From positions 1 to 32,576 of the forward strand of contig JADGNL010000165.1 in assembly GCA_017883495.1 (NCBI GenBank): a stretch of DNA of 32,576 nucleotides, in the 5' to 3' direction. Positions within the stretch are counted from its first letter, which is position 1. Each line of letters starts with the position of its first letter. The position numbers and the translations under genes are program-made. The stretch comes from Methanomicrobiales archaeon (GTDB lineage Archaea; Halobacteriota; Methanomicrobia; Methanomicrobiales; Methanospirillaceae). This document shows positions 17,360 to 25,716 of the stretch, piece by piece. The notes beneath the pieces were generated by a model. It had not been told where the DNA came from. It worked only from the letters and a program-made list of their open reading frames with translations, and ran no database searches.

Positions 17360-18139
17360 ATGGTTAACCAGACTGTTTTTATTAAGGACATCATGTCCAG
17401 GCCTGTAACGATCGCGAAATCGGCGGTGATCACCGAGGCGCTCGACCGGATGCTCGACCAGGAGATCGACCCCCTGGTCGTGACCAACAACGGCGCGGTG
17501 ATCGGGACGGTCTCGCGCCGGGCGATCGCGGAGGCGATCGGATCGAAGCGGAGTGCGAACGTCTCGCCGAACCAGATCCACGTCGCGAACGTGGTCGAGG
17601 AGGAGTTCACCTCGGCCTACGGGGACGAGAACCTCGACGTCGTGATCCCGCTGCTGCAGACGTACAAGCTCGTGGTCGTGCTCGACGGCGAGCACCGGCC
17701 GATCGGCCAGGTGACCCGGGGCGACCTGCTCAAGGTGATGCGGCCCACGGGATCGGTCGATCAGGTGATGGAGAAGGTCGCGGTCGTCTCGCCCGACGAG
17801 CGCGTGGTCCACCTCCGGCGGCGCATGCTCGACGACGGCGCGAACCGCTACGTGGTCGCAAACGGGGCCGAGCTGCTCGGCATGGTGACCGAGACCGACG
17901 TGGCGCGCTCGATGGCCGCGTTCCGCGAGGACGTGGCCGATCGGTTCCAGGACCACCGGATCCGCAACCTGATCGTCAGCGACATCATGTCCACGCCGCT
18001 GATCTCGGTTCCGCCCGAGACGCGGGCCGCCGACCTGATCGAGACCATGCTCCAGCGCAAGATCAGCGCCGTTCCGGTCGTGGACAACGGACACGTCCTC
18101 GGTGCGGTCTCGCGGCAGAGCCTGGTCCAGGCTCTCTGA
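17360..18139 (+). CDS. Four-CBS-domain protein (CBS-5)
   Basis: RBS GAGGAG upstream; IKDIMS, GTVSRRAI, GQVTRGDL, GMVTETDV, SAVPVV..GAVSRQSL. Confidence 0.88.
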   Translation: MVNQTVFIKDIMSRPVTIAKSAVITEALDRMLDQEIDPLVVTNNGAVIGTVSRRAIAEAIGSKRSANVSPNQIHVANVVEEEFTSAYGDENLDVVIPLLQTYKLVVVLDGEHRPIGQVTRGDLLKVMRPTGSVDQVMEKVAVVSPDERVVHLRRRMLDDGANRYVVANGAELLGMVTETDVARSMAAFREDVADRFQDHRIRNLIVSDIMSTPLISVPPETRAADLIETMLQRKISAVPVVDNGHVLGAVSRQSLVQAL

Positions 18140-18270
18140 CCTCTTTTCGGATCGCGCTCTGTTCGTGAGCCTGCGCGCTCTTCCGCCACCGTACGGAGAG
18201 CGCCGCCGCCCGTTATTGCGAGATCACCGGACCTCGATCCGGGGTCGCCATCCGGCATTCCTTTCGAGCA

Positions 18271-18341
18271 AGCCCGGGGTGAGAATCGAACTCACATACT
18301 CCAATCTGCAGTCGGACGCATCGCCACTCTGCCACCCGGGC
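18271..18341 (-). tRNA. tRNA-Cys (GCA), intronless, CCA not encoded
   Basis: Minus strand folds as GCCCGGG UG GCA-GAGUGGCGA-UGC G UCCGA CUGCAGA UUGGA GUAU GUGAG UUCGAUU CUCAC CCCGGGC U: 7-bp acceptor stem, GCA anticodon, G37, U73. Confidence 0.95.
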
Positions 18342-18486
18342 ACGGGTGTGTTCACGATCGTGAAACTCCACAACGATCTACACCCTGCCGACGAATAAAT
18401 AACGACATGCCGGTAATAATTGCCGCAATCGGGACCGAGACGCGGCAGGGGCGGCGCCAATGGGGCGCCGAGGATCCTTCTTCGCG

Positions 18487-19266
18487 CTAGGCGTCGGGGA
18501 ACGGCGGCGCGCCGGCCACGCGCTCGGGATGCGTGTAGATGTTCATCCGGCCGGCCCGGACGAACCCGACGATCGCCAGCCCTCCCTTCGCCGCGAGCTC
18601 GACCGCGAGCGAGGTCGTCGCCCCACGCGAGACGATCAGCGGGATCCGGGCGCGCAGGCATTTCCTGGCCATCTCCGACGAGATCCGGCCAGTGCAGACG
18701 ACGAAGCAGCCGTCGGTCGTGACCCCGTTCAGAGCCGCGAACCCGATCACGCGGTCGAGCGCGTTGTGCCGGCCGATGTCCTCGACGAAGGTGACCACAC
18801 CGCCGTCGGCGCGGACGAGGCCCACGCCGTGGACACCGCCCGTGAGCCGGTGCAGCGGAGAGTTCAGAAGGTCTTTGACCGACGCGACGATCGTCTCCGG
18901 CGCGACCGCGAGGTCCGACGAGATCTTCGGGAGGCGGCGGGTGTCGAGGAACGAGGTCGTCCCCCCGCAGCCCGAGAGGACGCTCTTCTTCGAGAAGAGG
19001 AGCTTCTGCGGATTCTTCGTGATCACCTCGACCGAACTCTCGCGCTCGGCGAGCGCCTCGATCTCGTCGAGCGACTTGATCAGTCCCTCGGTCAGGAGAA
19101 AGCCGACCGCGAGCTCTTTGAGCATGGTCGGGCTCGTCATCATCGTCGCGGCCGTGCGGCCGTTCACGATCACGGAGACCGGGACCTCGTCGACGACCGG
19201 GTGGAGCACGGGCGCGTAATTCCCGTCCTCATACTTGATGCAGGGCAGTTCGTGATACATGGTCAT
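18487..19266 (-). CDS. fdhD: Formate dehydrogenase accessory sulfurtransferase FdhD
   Basis: ELAVGFLLTEG, SGCGG, TGGVHG, EDIGRHNALDRVIG, TGRISSEM. Start at ATG 19266 (ATGA overlap with sufS stop) or 19260. Confidence 0.93.
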   Translation of the reverse strand: MTMYHELPCIKYEDGNYAPVLHPVVDEVPVSVIVNGRTAATMMTSPTMLKELAVGFLLTEGLIKSLDEIEALAERESSVEVITKNPQKLLFSKKSVLSGCGGTTSFLDTRRLPKISSDLAVAPETIVASVKDLLNSPLHRLTGGVHGVGLVRADGGVVTFVEDIGRHNALDRVIGFAALNGVTTDGCFVVCTGRISSEMARKCLRARIPLIVSRGATTSLAVELAAKGGLAIVGFVRAGRMNIYTHPERVAGAPPFPDA

Positions 19267-20444
19267 CCCTGGCGGACCAGCTCGCCGACCGTGGCCGTGA
19301 GCAGGTCCACCTCCTCCTCGGTGTTGTAGAGGTACAGGCTCGCCCGGACCGCCCCCTCGGGGCAGCCGCAGTGCTCCATCAGCGGCTGGCAGCAGTGGTG
19401 GCCGGATCGAACGAGGACCTGGACGGCCTCGTCCAGGACATGCGCCACGTCGTGCGGGTGGTAGCCGTCCACGTCGAATGAGACCACACCGATCCGGGGG
19501 GTTCCGCCGTCCGGCCCGAGCACCCGAACGCCGTCGCAGGCGGCAAGGCCGGCGAGGAGTCGAGCGGTCAGCCGCTCCTCGTGCGCCCGGATCGCGTCCA
19601 TGCCGACCGCCTCGAGGTACTCGACGGCCCGGGCGAGCCCGAGGAGGCCCGAGACGTTCGGGGTTCCGGCCTCGTACCGTCCGGCGCCGGGCGCCGCCCG
19701 CACCTCTTCGTCCGAGACCGCCTCGACCATCCCTCCGCCGAGGAGCAGGGGCTCGATCACGGGCTCCTTCATCCAGAGCATCCCGGTCGCCATCGGCCCA
19801 AGCATCTTGTGCCCGGCGAACGCGAGGAAGTCGCAGCCCAGATCCGCGGCGTCGACGGGTCGGTGCGGCACGGACTGGGCGCCGTCCACGAGAATCCGGG
19901 CGCCGTGGTCGTGGGCGAGCCGTCCGATCGCCTTCACGGGCGCGATCGAGCCGAGCACGTTCGAGGCGTGCGTGACCGCGACGAGCCGGGTGCGGTCGTC
20001 GACCGCCTCCTCGAACGCCTCGAGAGGTACGGTGCCGTCGGGGAGCGGATCGAGCAGGGTCACCTCCACGCCGCACGTGCGAAGCCGGAGCCAGGGGAGG
20101 AGGTTCGAGTGGTGCTCGGCCCGGGTGGTCACGACCCGATCGCCGCGCTCCCAGGGGAGGCCGGCGGCGACCATGTTGATCGCCTCGGTCGTATTCTTCG
20201 TCGCAACGAGCAGCCCGTCCTCGCCGTGGACGAATCGCGCCACCGTCCGGTGGGCCTCCTCGTATCGGAGGGTGGCCATGCGGGCGAGTCGGTGCACACC
20301 GCGCCCGACGTTCGCCCGGTACTGGAGGTCGAACTCGCGGACGAGATCGGCGACCTGGACCGGCGTCAGGCTGACCGAGGCGCTGTCCAGGTAATGGAGA
20401 TGAGAGAGAAGGGGAAAATCGCTCCGACAGCCATCAATCGCCAT
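19263..20444 (-). CDS. sufS: Cysteine desulfurase, SufS-type (group II)
   Basis: YLDSAS, ANVGRGVH, EHHSNLLPW, VDGAQ, PLP lysine in GHKMLGP, catalytic loop RSGHHC, RASLYLYN. Confidence 0.9.
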   Translation of the reverse strand: MAIDGCRSDFPLLSHLHYLDSASVSLTPVQVADLVREFDLQYRANVGRGVHRLARMATLRYEEAHRTVARFVHGEDGLLVATKNTTEAINMVAAGLPWERGDRVVTTRAEHHSNLLPWLRLRTCGVEVTLLDPLPDGTVPLEAFEEAVDDRTRLVAVTHASNVLGSIAPVKAIGRLAHDHGARILVDGAQSVPHRPVDAADLGCDFLAFAGHKMLGPMATGMLWMKEPVIEPLLLGGGMVEAVSDEEVRAAPGAGRYEAGTPNVSGLLGLARAVEYLEAVGMDAIRAHEERLTARLLAGLAACDGVRVLGPDGGTPRIGVVSFDVDGYHPHDVAHVLDEAVQVLVRSGHHCCQPLMEHCGCPEGAVRASLYLYNTEEEVDLLTATVGELVRQG

Positions 20445-20878
20445 AGAGATCTCCGTATGGTCGTCGGGAAGAGATTAAGGGTTGCGCATGTCGGGGCCCC
20501 GTGCGTGGCGTCCTGTCTCGCGCTTCCCGCAGCGATCCGTACCGAGTCGGACGCCGATCGTGCTCGGGCCGAAAGGGATGCGGTCGTCCCCCCGCACGCG
20601 GAGCCGTGCCGGAGGACATCCCTGCTGCGGATCGACGCAGACAAGGTCGCGCGCTCTGCGCATGCAGCCGCCACAAGCTGGAAAAGCTCCGCGGAGGTGC
20701 CAAAGGGACCCGTCCGGCCGCGAACAATTCCATAATCCTAAATACTTATTCGATCAAGATTTAATCGAAACGGTGGGAAGGGACCGGGACCGGCGGCACG
20801 AGTCGCACGCATGGTATGGTGGATCTGCCAGCGTCCCGGTACGCACCGGTGAATTCGATGAAGGAACGTGATCAGGGA

Positions 20879-21184
20879 ATGGACCGGCGGGTCAGGGAGT
20901 TCGTCTCGCTCTCGCCGGACGGACGGATCTGGGGAGAGATCATCACCGAGCCGCTGCTGACGGTCGCACAGGTCGCAGCGACCCTGCAGATCAGGGAGAA
21001 ACTCGTCCGGAACCACATCAAGGAGAAGCGCCTGAAGGCCGTCAAGATCGGCAAGTACTGGCGGATCAAGCCCGAGGACCTGCACGGCTTCATCGAGGGG
21101 AACTCCTCGATCCGGACCGAGGCCCACCCGCACCTCTCCGAGCGGAGCGGGGTTGAGGACGGACTGATCAACACCGGCGCCTGA
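20879..21184 (+). CDS. Small excisionase/MerR-like HTH DNA-binding protein
   Basis: LLTVAQVAATLQI...VRNHIKEKRLKAVKIGKYWRI pattern. Start ATG 20879 or 20858. Confidence 0.8.
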   Translation: MDRRVREFVSLSPDGRIWGEIITEPLLTVAQVAATLQIREKLVRNHIKEKRLKAVKIGKYWRIKPEDLHGFIEGNSSIRTEAHPHLSERSGVEDGLINTGA

Positions 21185-21194
21185 CGCGTCGGCC

Positions 21195-21202
21195 TTTTTT
21201 TT
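21195..21202 (+). terminator. Oligo-T archaeal terminator after the HTH gene
   Basis: T8 run 10 nt after the stop codon. Confidence 0.6.
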
Positions 21203-21261
21203 AGAAAAGTATCCGGGCCGGAGGCCCGCGGAACCGTGAAGGGGGAGGCGATGCCCCCCGG

Positions 21262-21669
21262 TTATTCCGCGTAGGGGACGTCCGGCACGAACTTCGTGCC
21301 GTAGTGGATCACGCCCGACTCCCCCTCGGTCCCGATCCGGCGGAAGACGGAGCGGACGCGCATCCCGATCCGCGCCTCGCTCACGTCCTCGACCACGACC
21401 TGCACGGTGACGCGCGGTCCCTCGTCGAGCCGGATGATCGCGAGCACGAACGGGGTCTGCTGCTCGAACGCGTCCGACGCCGACCGGATCACGGTGAAGG
21501 TCACCACCTCGCCCTTCCCCTGGAACCGGTACGGCTCGATCACGCCGGAGCGTCGACAGTCCGGGCAGAACGAACGCGGCGGGTAGAACCTGCGCTCGCA
21601 CGAGGTGCACTGCGTACCGATGAGGTTGTAGCGCTGCGGGATCTTGCGCCAGAAGCGCGGGACCGACAT
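21262..21669 (-). CDS. DUF35 Zn-ribbon/OB-fold scaffold of the thiolase-HMGS complex
   Basis: MSVPRFWR, CTSC..CPDC, VRSVFRRI, IHYGTKF; follows the thiolase gene. Confidence 0.92.
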   Translation of the reverse strand: MSVPRFWRKIPQRYNLIGTQCTSCERRFYPPRSFCPDCRRSGVIEPYRFQGKGEVVTFTVIRSASDAFEQQTPFVLAIIRLDEGPRVTVQVVVEDVSEARIGMRVRSVFRRIGTEGESGVIHYGTKFVPDVPYAE

Positions 21670-21670
21670 C

Positions 21671-22837
21671 TCAGGCCCTCCCGAAGATATGGACCGCGAC
21701 CGAAGCCCCGGTGCCGCCGACGTTCTGGGTCATTCCGATCTCGGCGCCGTCGACCTGCCGCCGCCCCGCGTCGCCGCGGAGCTGCTGGACGATCTCGGCC
21801 ACCTGCTTGATCCCGGTCGCGCCGACAGGGTGGCCGCAGGCCTTGAGCCCGCCCGAGGTGTTGACCGGGATCCGGCCGTTGAGGGCGGTCTCGCCCTCCT
21901 CGGTCAGCCGTCCGGCCTCGCCCTTGGCGCAGAACCCGAGGTCCTCGATCGCGCAGATCTCGGCGATCGTGAAGCAGTCGTGCACCTCGACCAGGTCGAT
22001 CGCGGCGGGCGTGAGCCCGGCCATCTCGTACGCACGGCGCGCGGCCACGACCGTCGCATCGAGGGTCGAGATGTCCCGCCGGTCGTGGAGCGCGATCGTG
22101 TCCGAGGCCTGCGCCGTCGCGAGGACCTTGATCGGCGCGTCCGTGAACTCCCGCGCGCGCTCGAGCGGCGCGAGGATCACGGCCGCCGCCCCGTCCGTGA
22201 TAGGCGAGCAGTCGAAGAGCCGGAGCGGGTCCGCGACGAGCGGGGACCGGAGCACCGTATCGACCGTGATCTCGCTGTGGAACTGCGCGATCGGGTTGCG
22301 CGCTCCGTTGTAATGGTTCTTGACCGCGACCATGGCCAGCTGCTCCCTCGTCAGGGGGTAGCGGTGCATATAGTCGGTCGCGATCATCGCGTAGAGCCCG
22401 GGAAAGGTCGCGCCCACGAACCCCTCCCACTCGCGGTCCGCGGCGGCAGCGAGCGCGTCGACCGAGATCGAGGTCTCGACGTCGGTCATCTTCTCGACCC
22501 CGGCCGCCACCACGATCTCCTCGAGCCCCGAGGCGACCGCGATCACGGCCTGGCGGAAGGCGAGCGAGCCCGAGCAGCAGGCCGACTCGACCCGTGTCGA
22601 GGGAATGTGGCGCGAGGCCATGCCCGCGTAGTCGGCGATCAGGGCACCGACGTGCTCCTGCTCGACAAAGCGCCCGGCCGACATGTTGCCGACGTAGAGC
22701 GCATCGATCCGTTCGCCCGAGAGCTGTGCGTCCTCGAGCGCCAGGGCGCCCGCCTCGAGGAAGAGGTCGCGGAAGGAGGTCTCCCACTTCTCCCCGAAAG
22801 TCGTGCATCCGATTCCGATTACGGCGACGTCTCTCAT
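21671..22837 (-). CDS. Acetyl-CoA acetyltransferase (archaeal acetoacetyl-CoA thiolase)
   Basis: Start MRDVAVIG at 22837; [40 protein letters not shown]. Confidence 0.93.
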   Translation of the reverse strand: MRDVAVIGIGCTTFGEKWETSFRDLFLEAGALALEDAQLSGERIDALYVGNMSAGRFVEQEHVGALIADYAGMASRHIPSTRVESACCSGSLAFRQAVIAVASGLEEIVVAAGVEKMTDVETSISVDALAAAADREWEGFVGATFPGLYAMIATDYMHRYPLTREQLAMVAVKNHYNGARNPIAQFHSEITVDTVLRSPLVADPLRLFDCSPITDGAAAVILAPLERAREFTDAPIKVLATAQASDTIALHDRRDISTLDATVVAARRAYEMAGLTPAAIDLVEVHDCFTIAEICAIEDLGFCAKGEAGRLTEEGETALNGRIPVNTSGGLKACGHPVGATGIKQVAEIVQQLRGDAGRRQVDGAEIGMTQNVGGTGASVAVHIFGRA

Positions 22838-23886
22838 CACTGCATCACGATCTTTCCCTTGTGTCTGGCATAGCGTGCGTAGTCGACATAGATCGGGTTC
22901 GACAGCAGCTGGCGAACCGTCGGAGCCCCGCCCCGCCGGAACGTCTCCGCCTCGATCGCGTCGGTCACCTCGATATCGAACGAGTCCGCGCCGGCCCCCG
23001 AGCCGAAGGAGGTGACGAAGATCCGGTCGCCCGGCTTCGCCATGTCGAGGGTCGCGGCCAGGCCGATCATCGTCGCCCCCGAATAGGTGTTGCCGAGGGT
23101 CGGCACCACGAGCCCGGGCTCGATCTGCTCGGGCGTAAACCCGAGCAGATGCGCGACCCGGCGCGGGAACTTCGCGTTCGGCTGGTGGAAGACGGCGTAG
23201 TCGTAGTCCGTCGCGCTCTTGCCGGTCTGCTCGAACATCAGCCGGGCCGCGCCCTGGACGTGCTTGAAGTACCCGGGGTCGCCCGTGAACCGGCCGCCGT
23301 GGCTCGGGTAGGTCTGACCCTCGCGCCGCCAGAAGTCGGGCGTGTCCGTCGTGAACGAGACCGTCCGGTGGATCTCGGCGATGGGGTCGCGGTTCCCGAT
23401 AAGGAACGCTGCGCCCCCGGCGGCCGCCGTGTACTCGAGCGCGTCCGAGGGCGCGCCCTGCGCGACGTCCGAGCCGATCGCGAGGCCGTACGTGACCATG
23501 CCCGCGCCGACGAGGCCCATGCAGGCCTGGATGCCGGCCGTGCCGGCCTTGCAGGCGAACTCGTAGTCGGCCGCGGTCATGTTCGGGGTCGCCCCGATCG
23601 CCTCGCCGACCGTGCACGCGGTCGGCTTGACCGCGTACGGGTGCGACTCGGACCCGACGTAGACCGCCCCGATCTCGGCGGGGTCGATCTCCCGCCGTGC
23701 GAGCGCGCCGCGGGCGGCCTCGACCGCTATCGTCGCGGTGTCCTCGTCGACATCGGGCAGCGACTTCTCGCGAACGCCGAGCCCTCCGATGATGTCCTGT
23801 GCATTGTCGCCCCAGACCCGGGCGATCTCCTCGAGTCGGATCCGGTACCGGGGGATGTATGCCCCGTAGGTGATGATGCCTGTCAT
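22837..23886 (-). CDS. Hydroxymethylglutaryl-CoA synthase (archaeal)
   Basis: [46 protein letters not shown]. Confidence 0.95.
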   Translation of the reverse strand: MTGIITYGAYIPRYRIRLEEIARVWGDNAQDIIGGLGVREKSLPDVDEDTATIAVEAARGALARREIDPAEIGAVYVGSESHPYAVKPTACTVGEAIGATPNMTAADYEFACKAGTAGIQACMGLVGAGMVTYGLAIGSDVAQGAPSDALEYTAAAGGAAFLIGNRDPIAEIHRTVSFTTDTPDFWRREGQTYPSHGGRFTGDPGYFKHVQGAARLMFEQTGKSATDYDYAVFHQPNAKFPRRVAHLLGFTPEQIEPGLVVPTLGNTYSGATMIGLAATLDMAKPGDRIFVTSFGSGAGADSFDIEVTDAIEAETFRRGGAPTVRQLLSNPIYVDYARYARHKGKIVMQ

Positions 23887-23964
23887 GCAGTCCCCTGTCT
23901 TCCGGCGGAGCCGGTGCCTGGTGTGTCTGAAATGGTAACTCCTGAAGTCGGTTTCGCCCGGCGC

Positions 23965-24675
23965 TTACCACTCGGTCGAACGCAGGGTCGCGATCAGCGA
24001 GTCGATCGGCGTCTGCGTGGTCAGCAACGTGATCCGATCGCGTTCGGCGAGCCTGGGCACGATTGGGTGGACCTCCTCGGGCGCGATCCCCTGCAGGACC
24101 ACGCACCGCGGTTTGAACGGTGTCACCCGGATCGCGACCATGGGCGATTTCCCGGTCGAGACCCCCGCGAAGATCAGCGCGCGCTCGGTCGACCAGCCGT
24201 AGATCCGGCTGAACTCATCGGACGAGAGCTGCAGGATCGCGTTCAGGCTGTTCACGACCGTGTACCCGAAAAGGGTCTGGTCGAGCGAGCCCGTGATCGG
24301 CTCGGCCTCGACGAGGTCGGCGAACCGACGGAGCGGCACGGGAGCCGCGAACTCGTGGATGTCGTGGATCACCTCGTCGTCGAGCTCGGCAAAGAGCATC
24401 CTGCCGAACCGCTCGATGTGCCGCCCGCCCCGGTCCTCGTCCATGGAGAGGATCGCGTCCACGATCTTCCCGACGACGGCCGTACCGGGGCTCTTGCGCC
24501 GGCCGCTCTCGTAGTCCGAGATGACCGAGGGCGAGACCTCGAGTCGGATGGCAAGGTCGGTCTGCGGAATCTCGAAGCTGAGCCTCCATTTCTTGAGGGC
24601 CCGGCCGGGTGAGTCCGAGAGCGTGATCTCTCCGGCCATCTTCTCGGCCAGTCGGTGCCGCAGCCCGGACTTCAT
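23965..24675 (-). CDS. XRE-family HTH transcriptional regulator (COG1709-like)
   Basis: [56 protein letters not shown]. Confidence 0.85.
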   Translation of the reverse strand: MKSGLRHRLAEKMAGEITLSDSPGRALKKWRLSFEIPQTDLAIRLEVSPSVISDYESGRRKSPGTAVVGKIVDAILSMDEDRGGRHIERFGRMLFAELDDEVIHDIHEFAAPVPLRRFADLVEAEPITGSLDQTLFGYTVVNSLNAILQLSSDEFSRIYGWSTERALIFAGVSTGKSPMVAIRVTPFKPRCVVLQGIAPEEVHPIVPRLAERDRITLLTTQTPIDSLIATLRSTEW

Positions 24676-25012
24676 GCGGATCAGGTCTGCACCGGGGATT
24701 AAATAATTAACGAATCGAGCTTCGACAGATCCCGTAGCTGCGGTCTTCCCGATGGAATATGAATGGCCCGGAGGCGCCGTATGCCACCGCCAGTGGCCCC
24801 GACCCTCTTCGACTTCGCCGACGCCGTCGCCCCATCAACCAGGTTTGATTCCCTCTTTCGCGCACCTGCCGTGTCTCAGGCCGATTCGTGCACGTGCTCC
24901 CTGTCGATACGTCGATATCGAGCGAAAACCCTGTCCCTCTGGCACGGCGGACGAGATCGCCGCTGCGAACAGTCCCGCCGCGAACCTCCGTAACAATCCA
25001 TAAATATGAAGC

Positions 25013-25028
25013 ATCTCAAATTTGGTAC
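25013..25028 (+). promoter_or_regulatory. Candidate RbkR operator between TATA box and ribK start
   Basis: ATCTCAAATTTGGTAC with palindromic core CAAATTTG (25017-25024), downstream of TAAATA (25001-25006). Confidence 0.5.
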
Positions 25029-25029
25029 C

Positions 25030-25716
25030 GTGACGATCGAGGCCGGGGACCTGGCGTGCCTGAAGGCGATCGCCCTGCTCGGCGGATGCCGGGGGCCGGT
25101 GTACGTCTCGTCCCAGTCGCTCGCGGGCGAACTCGGCATGAGTCCGCAGACCGCGTCCCGCCGCCTCCAGTCGCTCGAGTCCGCGCTCCTCGTCACCCGC
25201 TCGGTCCGCCCCGCGGGTCAGTACGTCTCGGTCAGCCGGGTCGGCGAGGAGGTTCTCCACCGGGAGTATTCGGACTACTGCCGGCTCTTCGGGGGCTCGT
25301 CCGGCGGGTTCGTGATGACCGGGCACGTCGTGAGCGGCGTGGGCGAAGGGCGCTACTACATGAGCCTGCCTGCGTATCGCGAGCAGTTCGCGGCCGTACT
25401 CGGCGAGGACCCGTACCCCGGAACGCTCAACGTCCGGCTCGACGGCGCGAGCGTGCCCGTGCGAAAGAAGCTCGACACTCTCGACTGGACGACAATCCGC
25501 GGCTTCATCGCGGAGGCGCGGACCTTCGGCGACGCCCGGGCCCTTCCCTGCCGGATCGGCGAGCACCGGTGCGCCATTGTCGTGCCGGGCCGGACCCACT
25601 ACCCCGAGGACATCGTCGAGGTGATCGCCGGGGTGCCCCTCCGCGAGGCCCTCGGTCTGGCCGACAAGGACCGCGTGACGGTCGAGGTGACGGATGAACG
25701 AGATGATGCAGCATGA
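25030..25716 (+). CDS. ribK: CTP-dependent riboflavin kinase with N-terminal wHTH (RbkR-type)
   Basis: HTH SSQSLAGELGMSPQTASRRL; kinase motifs VSGVGEGRYYM, PYPGTLNV, PGRTHY..VEVIA. Start GTG 25030 preferred over ATG 25006, which lies in the TATA box. Confidence 0.93.
   Translation: MTIEAGDLACLKAIALLGGCRGPVYVSSQSLAGELGMSPQTASRRLQSLESALLVTRSVRPAGQYVSVSRVGEEVLHREYSDYCRLFGGSSGGFVMTGHVVSGVGEGRYYMSLPAYREQFAAVLGEDPYPGTLNVRLDGASVPVRKKLDTLDWTTIRGFIAEARTFGDARALPCRIGEHRCAIVVPGRTHYPEDIVEVIAGVPLREALGLADKDRVTVEVTDERDDAA

Noticed and set aside
18487..18489. Possible TAG/TGA recoding (Pyl/Sec), e.g. at the fdhD TAG
   Set aside because: The recognised proteins appear full length at their stops, and no domain continuation follows.
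20480..20730. SRP RNA or RNase P RNA
   Set aside because: No SRP helix-8 motif or RNase P GAGGAAAGUCC-type signature found on either strand.
18140..21260. Integrated element at tRNA-Cys with the HTH gene as excisionase
   Set aside because: No integrase, no duplicated tRNA 3' end seen, and the flanking genes are housekeeping with host-like composition.
7393..24106. Apparent N-terminal extensions or fusions in the ORF track (serS to 9108, CBS-2 from 14279, fdhD to 20076, thiolase to 24106)
   Set aside because: Each extension overlaps another well-supported gene; the true starts coincide with stop/start overlaps.
24720..25000. Small ORFs (24752-25003+, 24763-24993+) and palindrome TCGATATCGA (24912-24921)
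   Set aside because: No coding-like composition or motifs, and TCGA-rich words are very common in this genome.
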